From an uncultured Rubrobacteraceae bacterium (lineage in GTDB: Bacteria > Actinomycetota > Rubrobacteria > Rubrobacterales > Rubrobacteraceae), in NCBI GenBank assembly GCA_963819315.1, contig CAWFVR010000014.1, forward strand, positions 25,909 through 89,908: a DNA stretch of 64,000 nt. The letters run 5' to 3'. Under the pieces are notes generated by a model that did no database searches, was not told the DNA's origin, and was given only the letters and a program-made list of their open reading frames with translations. The translations under genes and the position numbers were made by a program. Each line of letters starts with the position of its first letter. Positions within the stretch are counted from its first letter, which is position 1. Below are positions 8,407-18,488 of this stretch, in pieces.

Positions 8407-8625
8407 CTAGTCCCTCTGAGCCTGGCGGACGCTGTGGGCGATCGAGTCCAGGTAGGTCGACATCATGTGCAGCTCGTAGGCCTTGAACTCCCCGCCGAGC
8501 CTGGGCCGGAATGTGTCGTAGTCGCCGTTGTCGTACTCGATGACGATCTCGCGTATCCCGTTAGGGTCCATGCCCCCCGCCATGTCGAGCGGGCTGCCCC
8601 GCCACTCCCTGTCTCTTCCCTCCAA
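8407..8625 (-). CDS. Small hypothetical protein (72 aa), paralog of the downstream gene
   Basis: TTG 8625 lies 6 nt after GGAAGGGAG. High third-position G/C. No family recognised. Confidence 0.45.
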   Translation of the reverse strand: MEGRDREWRGSPLDMAGGMDPNGIREIVIEYDNGDYDTFRPRLGGEFKAYELHMMSTYLDSIAHSVRQAQRD

Positions 8626-8676
8626 AGAACGCTCCCTTCCGTCTCGGCTCCGGCCAATCTTACCAGCATCCCCGAG

Positions 8677-9369
8677 CTAGAGCGGCCACAACGGCTCGAG
8701 CGCGACGAGAAGCGGGGCCACGATCAGCGCCGGCAGCATGTTCGCCACCCTTATCTCCTTGAGCTCCAGGAGGCCGAGCCCGAGGCCCAGGAGCAGCACG
8801 CCGCCGGTCGAGGCCATCGCCAGGATCATAGGCTCGCTCATAAAGGACCCGAAGAGCGCCCCGGCAAGCGTCAAACTCCCCTGCACGACGAGGACAGACC
8901 CGGCCGAGAGCAACACGCCCCACCCGAGCACCGAGGCGAACGAAAGTGAGGCCACGAAGTCCAGCGCGCTCTTGAGCGCGAGCAGCCGGTAGTCGCTCGA
9001 GATCCCGTCCTGCAAGGAGCCCAGGACCGTGAGCGGCCCCACGCAAAACAGCAGGCTCGTCGTGACGAACGCCCGGCTCACCGGGCTCCCGCCCTTCGAG
9101 AAGCGCTGCTCCAGGGCGTCGCCGAAGCGCTTCAGCCGTCCGTCTACGTCCAGGAGCTCCCCGACCACTAGCCCCAAGATCACGCTCACCAGCGGGACAA
9201 GCGGGTTGTCGAAGCGCAAGAAGCTCTGGATGCCGACGAGAAGGGTCACCAGACCGATGGCGTGCATGGCCGTCTCCCGCATCCCCTCCGACAGCCGCGC
9301 GCCGACCAGCGTTCCTATGCCAGCTCCGACCATCACCGCGACGACGTTGATGGCTGTCCCGATGCCCAT
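8677..9369 (-). CDS. DUF554 family integral membrane protein (YdfK/YqgA-like)
   Basis: N-terminus MGIGTAINVVAVMVGAGIGTLVGARLSEGMRETAMHAIGLVTLLVGI matches the conserved DUF554 N-terminus. Polytopic and hydrophobic throughout. Confidence 0.7.
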   Translation of the reverse strand: MGIGTAINVVAVMVGAGIGTLVGARLSEGMRETAMHAIGLVTLLVGIQSFLRFDNPLVPLVSVILGLVVGELLDVDGRLKRFGDALEQRFSKGGSPVSRAFVTTSLLFCVGPLTVLGSLQDGISSDYRLLALKSALDFVASLSFASVLGWGVLLSAGSVLVVQGSLTLAGALFGSFMSEPMILAMASTGGVLLLGLGLGLLELKEIRVANMLPALIVAPLLVALEPLWPL

Positions 9370-9855
9370 AGAGGAAGGAGTATATAGACCACAAGGAAAC
9401 TAGCGCTATCTCCATACAAATTCGCCCATCGTAAGTCGCGTGTGGCAGATTGCTGGTCTATGTTCACGACCGCCTTGATGGCGACGATCAGCGCACGCGT
9501 CCTGCCACGTAGTAGTCACACGTCGAGCCGCGCGAGCAAATGCTGCTCGTCTGGAGGGCGCGAAACACGCGGCACCGACGCTTGGGTTGTTCGGGTTGTC
9601 TCGTGGGCCAGCGACGAAGAGATACGGGTCGAGGTGAGCGATGAAGGCGTAGGGTTCTGCACCTGACTCGTGACGATTGTCATATTGCATCCTTCTGGTA
9701 TCGCGCCTATTGTGGGGGAGTCAACGAATGGAGTGTAGGAAAGGGAACAGCCGTACATACGTGGACCATCTGAGAGTCGTAGCGGCTTGCAGGAGGTGAT
9801 CGATACGAAAGCGATCTTGAAGACGCGTTTGATGAATCCATAGGAGGTATTGTTG

Positions 9856-11272
9856 ATGGTAACCTGGAGACCGGATCCCAGTTTCTACCCCTCGCCGAGG
9901 ATGGCGATGCAGGCGCCACCGGAGAAGCTCGCCTATGTGGCGCTCTTGAACCCCAACGCGGCCTTGAACCTAACGGTGACGGACGCCCGGACGCGATCGC
10001 TGTCTTTGACGTTGATGCAGACTCGGAGACCTATGGCCAGGTCGTCGGGCGCGTGGAGATGCCGAATACCGGTGATGAGCTGCATCACTTCGGGTGGAAC
10101 GCCTGCAGTTCGGCGCTGTGCCCTTACGCACCCCACCCGCACATCGAGCGCCGCTACCTGATCGTGCCCGGGTCTCCGGTCCTCACGCATGCACATCATC
10201 GACACCAAGCCCAACCCGAGAGAGCCGCGCATCGTCAAGGTGATCGAGCCCGATGAGGTGCACGACCGCACCGGCTACAGCCGCCCCCACACCATCCACT
10301 GCGGTCCGGAGGGCATTTACGTGAGTGCGCTTGGTGCTCCCGACGGGGATGGCCCGGGTGGTGTCTTCATCATGGACCACGAGAGCTTTGACCCTCTGGG
10401 GGCCTGGGAGGTCGAGCGCGGTCCGCAGTACTTTGCCTACGACTTCTGGTGGCACCTGGGCTACGACACCATGATCACCAGCGAGTGGGGCACGCCTAAC
10501 ATGATCGAAGGTGGGCTCAACCCGGAGATACTCATGCAAAGCGGCTACGGTCACCAGCTGCACCTCTGGGATCTGCGCAAACGTCGTCATCTACAGGCTC
10601 TGGATCTGGGCGATGAGTATCAGATAGTGCTGGAGCTGAGGCCCGCTCACAATCCGAACAAGACCTACGGCTTCGCGGGCGTGGTCGTCAATCTCCAGGA
10701 CCTCTCCTCATCGATATGGCTGTGGCATCGCGAGAACGGCCGGTGGGGCATCCAGAAGGTGATCGACATCCCGGCAGAACCGGCCGACCCGGACCAGCTG
10801 CCGCCTGCGCTGAAGGACTTCGCCGCGGTGCCGCCCCTGGTTAGCGACATCAACCTCTCCCTCGACGACCGCTTCCTCTACGTCTCGTGCTGGGGTACCG
10901 GCGAGATGCGCCAGTACGACGTCTCCGACCCGTTCAACCCCAGGCACACCGGCTCAGTCCACCTGGGCGGGATCGTGCGCAAGACGGCGCACCCGAAGAC
11001 CGATCAACCCCTGAACGGCGGGCCGCAGATGGTGGAGTTAAGCCGGGATGGGCGCAGGGTGTACTTCAGCAACTCTCTGTATGCCGCCTGGGATGCGCAG
11101 TTCTACCCCGAGGGAATACACGGTTGGATCGCCAAGGTGGACGTAGACCCCTGATGGCAGCCTTACTGTAGACCCCGACTTCTTCATCGAGTTCGATGAA
11201 GGTGAGAGGCCGCACCAGATAAGGCTCGAGGGCGGCGACTCCTCCTCCGACTCGTACTGCTACGTCTCATGA
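9856..11272 (+). pseudogene. Selenium-binding protein (SBP56 / methanethiol-oxidase-like), disrupted by three frameshifts
   Basis: Four frame segments give a full-length SBP56-like protein. They read MVTWRPDPSFYPSPRMAMQAPPEKLAYVALLNP (from ATG 9856 after AGGAGG), PDAIAVFDVDADSETYGQVVGRVEMPNTGDELHHFGWNACSS, track ORF 10189..11154, and DGSLTVDPDFFIEFDEGERPHQIRLEGGDSSSDSYCYVS ending at TGA 11270-11272. The shifts are near 9958, 10167-10172 (CCCGGG) and 11148-11151 (CCCC). Confidence 0.85.
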
Positions 11273-11922
11273 GCGAGAGCTGGCCCTGGCTCACGCTGGC
11301 CTTGTTGGGAGCCTACCACGGCCTCAACCCGGCAATGGGCTGGCTCTTTGCGGTGGCCCTGGGCTTGCAGGAACAGCGGCGAGGCGCCGTCCTGCAAGCC
11401 CTCCCACCCATCGCCCTTGGACACGCCATAGCCATCTTGGTGGTAGTGTTCGTTATCGGGGTGGCCCAGATCGTAGTGCCCCTCGACGTGCTGCGTTACG
11501 TGTGCGCAACCGCGCTCATCCTCTTCGGCCTCTTCAAGCTCGCCAGGCGTAGACACCCGCGCTGGGTCGGGATGCGGGTCGGCTTCAGGGACCTGACAGG
11601 ATGGTCGTTCCTGATGGCGAGCGCTCACGGTGCTGGCCTCATGCTCGTACCCATCTTAATGAGGCTTGCGTCCACCGAGCAGATGCATGGAGCGCACGCC
11701 CACGGCACTCACCATGCCGCCATGGCAGGTCCGGCGACGATGTTCGCCGATCTTGCGATGGTCGGGCTTCATACGCTGGCGATGTTCGCTGTGATGGCCG
11801 CGGTAGCGGTCGTGGTCTACGAGAAGCTCGGCGTATTGATACTCAAGCGTGCCTGGTTCAATGTAGATATCTTGTGGGCGGGAGCGTTGGTGGGGGCGGG
11901 TGTGATCACGCTGGTCGTCTAG
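11269..11922 (+). CDS. Integral membrane protein with His-rich loop (HGAHAHGTHH), function unknown
   Basis: Track ORF 11269..11922. Its ATG overlaps the reconstructed SBP stop (ATGA). About 6 hydrophobic helices. No named family recognised. Confidence 0.55.
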   Translation: MSESWPWLTLALLGAYHGLNPAMGWLFAVALGLQEQRRGAVLQALPPIALGHAIAILVVVFVIGVAQIVVPLDVLRYVCATALILFGLFKLARRRHPRWVGMRVGFRDLTGWSFLMASAHGAGLMLVPILMRLASTEQMHGAHAHGTHHAAMAGPATMFADLAMVGLHTLAMFAVMAAVAVVVYEKLGVLILKRAWFNVDILWAGALVGAGVITLVV

Positions 11923-12227
11923 AGCGGCCCTGTTTCCTTTTGTGGCGGCGCCTCGTTGTACCGCCGTCAACGTCAGGGTCGGCACAACCTGTGTTGACGT
12001 TGTAGCGAGTACGAGTAGATCAACAACACCGTGAGGTGCATGTTTTACCGGCCCTGGCAGATGCCGTGGTCGGACGTTCGGTGGGGCGCCACCTTACGCA
12101 ATCTCGGGGAGACTTGCTACACCGCTTCTACCCTCGGGTGAATAAGAAGACATACGCGAAATAAGCGAGCGACCTCCCGAGAGGTACGCTACCCTCGATA
12201 TGACCGGAGGCCAGCCGGAGGAGCAAA

Positions 12228-13713
12228 ATGGGCGAGCAGAGCGCCGAAGACGAAGTGGGCTATGAGGAGAGTATAAGGCGGCTCGAGCGCGAAGCTAAAC
12301 CTCTGGACCCGGACGCCGAAGAACGGGTTCTCCTGAGGAACAAGGTCGTCGCTTACGCTGACCGCTTCCTTGAAGACATCGACGGGAGGCCGGCCTTCGC
12401 AGTGTCCGAAGGCGAGGATAGAGCCCTATACGACTCGCCGATCTCGGAGGGGCCGACGGACCCTGGCGAGGTCCTTGACCTGCTGGATCGCGGCGTGAAC
12501 CGGAGCGGGGTGAACGTTGGATCGGGGGGCCACCTGGCCTACATTCCTGGCAGCAACCTCTACGCTTCTGCCCTGGCCGACTACCTGGCAGCGGTCACCA
12601 ACCGGTATTCTGGATTGTACTTCGCCTCGCCCGGTGCGGTCCGCATGGAGCGAGTGCTCTTGAGGTGGATGGCAAGTCTCATCGGCTACCCTGCGGAAGC
12701 CGCCGGGGATCTCACGAGCGGCGGGAGCGTTGCCAACCTGGTCGGGATCGTGACGGCCAGGGAGGCACGCGGTCTGAAAGCAAAGGATTTCGACAGGGCG
12801 GTCGTATACCTCACCGAGCAGACCCACCACGCGATCGACAAGGCATTGCGCATTGCGGGGCTCAAGGAGTCCGTCAAGCGTTTCGTCCCCCTAGACGGCC
12901 AGCATCGCATGCGGCCCGAGGCTCTCGAAAATGCGGTCGAAGCCGACGCGAAGGCGGGTCTTTTCCCCTGGCTGATCGCAGCGACCGCGGGCACGACGGA
13001 CACGGGAGCCGTCGATCCCCTCTCCGACCTGGTCGACATCGCCCGCCGCCGCGGGCTATGGCTGCACGTGGACGGGGCCTACGGGGCACCTTTCGCCCTC
13101 ACCGGGCAAGGAAAGCAGATACTGAGAGGGATAGAGCGTTCGGACTCGGTCGTCCTGGATCCTCACAAGGGGTTGTTCGTGCCGTTCGGCAGTGGGGCGG
13201 TCCTCGTAAGGGAGGGCGTCCATCTGTTGGACGCTCACCACTACGACGCCAGCTACCTCCAGGACAGGGACGCGCTGGCCTCCAGCGACGAGGTCTCCCC
13301 CGCGGACCTCTCGCCCGAGCTCAGCCGTCACTTCAGGGCCTTGCGTCTGTGGCTGCCCCTAAAGCTAGCCGGGGTTGCCCCGTTCCGTGCCGCGCTGGAG
13401 GAGAAGCTGCTCCTCGCGCGCTACTTCTATTCGAGGATGCGGCTCGAAGACGGCTTCGAGGTAGGGCCACCCACCGGACCTCTCGATAGTGACTTTCCGG
13501 TACCTCCCGAGGCGGGGGGATCCGGACGACTTCAACCGAAAGCTCGTCAACGCCGTGCAACGCGACGGACGTGTGTTCCTCTCCTCGACGATGGTCGACG
13601 GAAAGTTCACCCTGCGGGCGGCCATCTTGAGCCTGCGCACCCACCTGGAGACGATCGAGCTGGCCATCGAGGTCCTGCGCGAAAAAGCGAAGCAGCTCGA
13701 GCAAAGTGGTTAA
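12228..13713 (+). pseudogene. Group II PLP-dependent (aromatic amino acid/tyrosine-type) decarboxylase, one frameshift near 13468-13482
   Basis: ATG 12228 follows GGAGGA. Motifs GGSVANLVGI, HVDGAYGAPF and the PLP-lysine motif DPHKGLFVPFGSG. The C-terminus continues in track ORF 13489..13713 (SIVTFRYLPRRGDPDDFNRKLVNAVQRDGRVFLSST). Confidence 0.8.
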
Positions 13714-13825
13714 CCTGAAGAGCTAGACAACCGGCTTGATCGACGAACTTCCATCCCGGAGGGGCTTGAACGAGCACCAGGCGAGCCAATTCTCCGCAAC
13801 GTGGTCATTTCGGTGGCCGTGACGG

Positions 13826-14209
13826 TTAGCGCACGAAGCCGGCCACGTGATCCTCAAACGTCTTGCTCACGACGCCGAACTGCCGCACCCACGCTTCTGC
13901 TTCCGCGCTCAACTTGCCGTACACCCGCACGTCGACCGGCTTTACAGTGCCGAAGAACCGTTCGAACTCTTCCCATTCTGTGATCATGTCGATGTGCTCG
14001 ATAATTCGGCTGCTATCGGCGAAAGTTAGAAGAGCGCCCACCTCGGTAGATCCGGGAGTAGCATAGAACTGCAAGGTCACCAGCTCCTGTATGCCTTCGG
14101 CTTCGAGCCGCCGCGCCGCCGCCTGAATGGCAGCCCTGAACTCCTCGAAAGTACTGGTCAGCTCGAGCACCTCTACGAGGGTGACGTGTTCGCTGGCATT
14201 TGATCTCAT
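13826..14209 (-). CDS. Hypothetical protein (127 aa)
   Basis: Track ORF 13826..14209 has good coding bias. No family recognised. Confidence 0.45.
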   Translation of the reverse strand: MRSNASEHVTLVEVLELTSTFEEFRAAIQAAARRLEAEGIQELVTLQFYATPGSTEVGALLTFADSSRIIEHIDMITEWEEFERFFGTVKPVDVRVYGKLSAEAEAWVRQFGVVSKTFEDHVAGFVR

Positions 14210-14541
14210 GCCGGTCTCCTTTTGCTCGTGCAGGTCTTCTCTGCTCGCAGCGGCATTCTGCCTTCTTCAAGCGGACCAGGCTCCTGAGAAACCCGGTCTC
14301 TCGCAGCCTTATGCTTGCCGATCGAACGACTCGAAGAGCCGCACCAGGACGTTACCGGGTTGATGACGCTGCCTACGATCCCGACTACAGGAGTTCGGTT
14401 CTAAGACGTGCATGGCCAACGAGACAAGACCTATCGTGAAGTATTGTCGCTGGGACGGGCGGCGGCATCGGTCGAAGGTACGAATGTTGTGGTGGACGTT
14501 CGTCAGGACGATAATGTAGGACCAAAGTCGTAGGAGAAGCC

Positions 14542-15194
14542 ATGGCGATAAGGGTTCTGATAACAGACGACCATGGCGTGGTGCGCCAGGGGCTGCGCAT
14601 GTTCCTCTCGCTCGACCCTGACATCCAGGTCGTGGGAGAAGCCCAAGACGGCCAGGAAGCCTTGGCGATGGCCCGGGAGCTCAAACCCGATGTGGTGCTT
14701 ATGGACCTGCTGATGCCCGTCATGGACGGTCTGGAATCTACCAAGGCCATTCGAACGGAACTGCCGGAAGTTGAGGTCATAGCCTTGACCAGCGTGCTGG
14801 AAGGCGCCTCGGTGACGGGGGCTATCAGGGCAGGGGCGATCGGCTACCTCCTCAAAGACACTGACGCCGAGGGGCTGCACCAGGCAATAAGGGGCGCGGC
14901 CGAGGGAGGGTGCACCTTTCCCCCGAGGCTGCGGCGCGCCTGATGCGCGAGGTGCGCGCCCCCGAGAACCCGGAGGCGCTAAGCGACCGCGAGACCGAGG
15001 TCTTGAGGCTCCTCGCCCGCGGCAAGGCCAACAAACAGATAGCCAGCGAGCTGTACATGGAAGAGCAGACTGTCAAGGCCCACGTCTCGAGCATCCTCAT
15101 GAAGCTCGGCGTCCAGAGCCGCACGCAGGCCGCCCTTCATGCCGTGCGCGCAGGGCTGGTTAGCGTCGAGGAACTCGGCGAGGAGTCGTGGTGA
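14542..15194 (+). pseudogene. NarL/LuxR-type response regulator (REC + HTH), one frameshift at 14902-14912 (GGGAGGG)
   Basis: REC domain: IRVLITDDHGVVRQGL...VVLMDLLMPVMDG...YLLKD. HTH_LuxR domain in the next frame: LSDRETEVLRLLARGKANKQIASELYMEEQTVKAHVSSILMKLG. Confidence 0.85.
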
Positions 15195-18100
15195 AGCACT
15201 CGCGGCCCAGCAAGCCTGGCCGCGGCCTGCAGTCGCTCAGGGTATTGATAGTGGAAGATTCAGAGAACGACGCTCTGCTCCTCCTGCGGGAACTGAGGAA
15301 GGGTGGCTACGAGCCCGAATACGTTCGGGTAGAGACCCCCGAGGCGATGGAACAAGCGCTCGATGCCTCAGAGTGGGACGTGGTCATCTCGGACTACCAG
15401 ATGCCCCGTTTCGGGGCGCTCGAGGCCCTCGCAGTATTCAAGAGGTCGGGCCAGGAGGCGCCATTTATCGTCGTCTCCGGCAAGGTCGGGGAGGAAGCGG
15501 CCGTCGAGGCGATGAAGGCCGGCGCCTACGACTTCGTCAGCAAGGGCTACCCGGCGCTCGACTTCATCACTCGAGGCAGCATGCCGCTCCTGTGCCCGAC
15601 AGTGGAGCGGGGACTGGAAGACGCCAACGAGCGACGGGAGCGGAAGCGCGCCGAAGAGGAACTGAGGAGACGGGAAGCCATCCTCGATGCGGTCAGGTTT
15701 GCCGCAGAGCGGTTCCTCGACGAGACGACCGGCTGGGAGGAAAACGTAAGGTCGATCCTGCGCAGGCTCGGAGACGCGGCACAGGTAAGCCGCGTCTACA
15801 TCTTCGAGAACTACGTGGGGGAGGACGGCAAGCTGTGGGCGACCCAGCGTTACGAGTGGGTGGCGCCCGATGTATCGGCGCAGATCGAGAACCCCCTGCT
15901 CAAGGCCCTACCGTACCGGGACGCTGGCTTCGGCCGGTGGGAGGAGGTGCTGGGCCGCGGAGAGTTAGTGTACGGCAACACGCGGGACTTCCCGGAGAGC
16001 GAACAGCCGGAGCTGCAAGCCGAGGCAATCCTGTCCATAGTCGTTGTGCCAATCCAAGTGGAAGGTGAGTGGTGGGGTTTCGTCGGGTTCGACGAGTGCC
16101 TCGTCGAGCGCGAGTGGTTTGCGGCTGAAATGGACGCGCTGAAGGCGGCCGCTAGCACCCTGGGCGCAGCGGTCCGGCGCAGGCGAGCGGACAAGGCCCT
16201 GCGCGAGAGCGAGGAACGTTACAGCCTGGTAGTGGAGGGCTCTAACAACGGCATCTTCGACTGGGACATCCGAAGCGGCGAACTCTACTGGAACGATCGA
16301 CTCTACGCGATGCTTGGCCTCGCGCGCTCGGAGGTCTCCCCCACCTTCGAGCTATTCGCCGAGCTACTCCATCCGGAGGACCGCCAGCGGACCCTGGATG
16401 CCATCGGAGCCCACCTCGAGCGCGGCGTCGAGTACAGCCAGGAGTTCCGCCTCCGGCGTTCTGCGGGCGATTACGTCTACTGCGTCGGACGGGGCATAGC
16501 CCAGCGCGACGAGAGCGGCGCCCCGCTGCGCATGGCGGGGACGGTGACCGACATCACCGAGCGCAAGAGTGCCGAGGATAGACTACGGACCTCGGAGGCC
16601 GAACTGCGGGCGCTCTTCGAGTCGATGACCGACCTCATATTCGTGTTCGACTTGGAGGGTCGCTACCTCAAGGTCGCGCCGACCAACCCCTCGCTTCTGT
16701 ACAGACCGGCCCCCGAGCTGTTGGGCAAGAGGTTGCACGAGGTCTTGCCCAGAGATCGGGCCGACGAGTTCCTGGCGTACATCCGGCGCGCACTCGAAAC
16801 CCAGCGGAGCATGAACTACGAGTACGACCTCAAGATACGTGACAGCCAGATGTGGTTCGAGGCCACCATCTCTCCGATGCTGCAAGATTCGGTGGTGGCC
16901 GTCGTCCGCGACGTCACCGAGCGCAAGAAGGACGAGGAGGCCCTGAAGCAGAGCGAGCGGCTCTACCGCACGGTCATCGAAGAGGTCACGGAGAACATCT
17001 GCCTCGTGGACGTCGAGACCAGGCGGATCGTGGAGTCCAACCCAGCCTTCCGCGAGACGCTCGGCTACACGGGAGATGAGCTGAACGACATGACGCTCTA
17101 CGACTTCGTTGCCCACGATCAGGAAGAGCATAGACCACAACATCCAGCGGACCGTGCAGGCGAGAAGCTCCTTTGTCGGGCAGAGGAAGTACCGCCGCAA
17201 GGACGGCTCGCTTCTGGATGTCGAGTCCAGCGGCAGCATCATCCTGCGCGGCGGCAGGGAGACCATGTGCGTCGTCGCCCACGACGTCACAGAGCGGGCG
17301 CGGGTGCAACGCCTCCTCGAGGAGCGCGTGGCCACCCTCTCGCACATCGCCGCCAACCTGGCCTTCGAGCTCCCAACAGAGGACACCCTGAACGTCCTGG
17401 CAAGGAGCGCCGTGAAAGCCAGCACGGCCGTCGCCTGCGGGGTGGTCCTCATCGACGAGGAAGACGAATCGCTCCACGTGTTCGGCTCCTACGGTCTGCC
17501 CGAGGGGTATACGGCAGGGCTGCAGGCCGCCTACCGGGCCGGGGCTCCATCCCCGAGCCTCAGGGCCTTCCGCACGCGTGAGCCCGTGCTCGTGGGCGAC
17601 CTCCGCCGGTTCCTCCTGGAGAACCGGCGCTACGCCCCCATACACCACTTCGCTCGCGAGGTTTCGTGGGACATCGCCTACAGCCTGCCGCTCGTCTCCA
17701 GGGGCCTGGCGCTGGGCGCGATCTTCTTCTGCTACCTCCCCGATGAGGAGCCGGGCGAGGACGAGAAGGTCTTCCTCAGAGCCGTCGCCGACCAGGCCGC
17801 GGTAGCCCTCGAGAACGCCCGCCTCTTCTCAGAGGCCCGCGGCAAGGCAGCCCTCGAGGAGCGCCAGCGCCTCGCAAGGGAGCTCCACGACTCAGTCTCC
17901 CAGGCCCTCTACGGTATAGCCCTTGGCGCCAGAACCGCCCGAAAGCTTCTCGACCAGAACCCTAAACTCCTCGCCGACCCCCTCGACTACGTCCTCTCCT
18001 TGGCCGATGCTGGCCTCGCCGAGATGCGGGCGCTCATCTTCGAGCTGAGACCCGAATCTCTAGAGACCGAAGGGCTCGTGGCAGCGCTGGAGAAGCAGGC

Positions 18101-18473
18101 CGCTGCTTTGCGGGCGCGCCACGAGATAGAGGTCTCGACCTCCCTGTGCGAGGAGCCGGAGGCTCCTCTGGAGACCAAAGAAGCACTCTACCGCATAGCC
18201 CAGGAGGCTATGCACAACACCGTCAAGCACGCAAGGGCAAACAAAGTGGAGCTTGAGCTGGCCTGCGATAGTGGATCTCTTAGCCTTGAGGTCTCAGACG
18301 ACGGGGTTGGCTTCGATACGGGCGGTGAGTTCCCCGGACACCTTGGGTTGCGCTCGATGCGCGAGCGGGCGTTGGGCCTGGGTGGGACGTTCAGGGTCGA
18401 GAGCTCCGCCGGCGGGGGGACCAGGATCCGCGCTCGAATCCCCATCCAGCGTACCCGCGCACCCGGCGGATAG
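15188..18473 (+). pseudogene. Hybrid sensor histidine kinase (N-terminal REC, GAF, 3 PAS, GAF, HisKA_3, HATPase_c), one frameshift near 17118-17130
   Basis: REC (RVLIVEDSENDALLL...VISDYQMP). PAS repeats (SEERYSLVVEG..., SEAELRALFESM..., SERLYRTVIEE...). The third PAS continues in track ORF 17109..18473. That ORF carries GAF, ERQRLARELHDSVSQ (HisKA_3 H-box) and EVSDDGVGF...GLRSMRERA (ATPase). Confidence 0.85.
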
Positions 18474-18488
18474 GCTCTCGTTCGTCCG

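Noticed and set aside
9442-9666. Possible remnant of a histidine-kinase/anti-sigma-kinase ATPase domain (...RVVSWASDEEIRVEVSDEGVGF then stop) in the 485-nt gap before the SBP gene.
   Set aside because: Only one G1-box-like stretch is recognisable. Coding bias is moderate, and the overlapping minus ORF 9406..9690 is no better. This is too weak to annotate without a database search.
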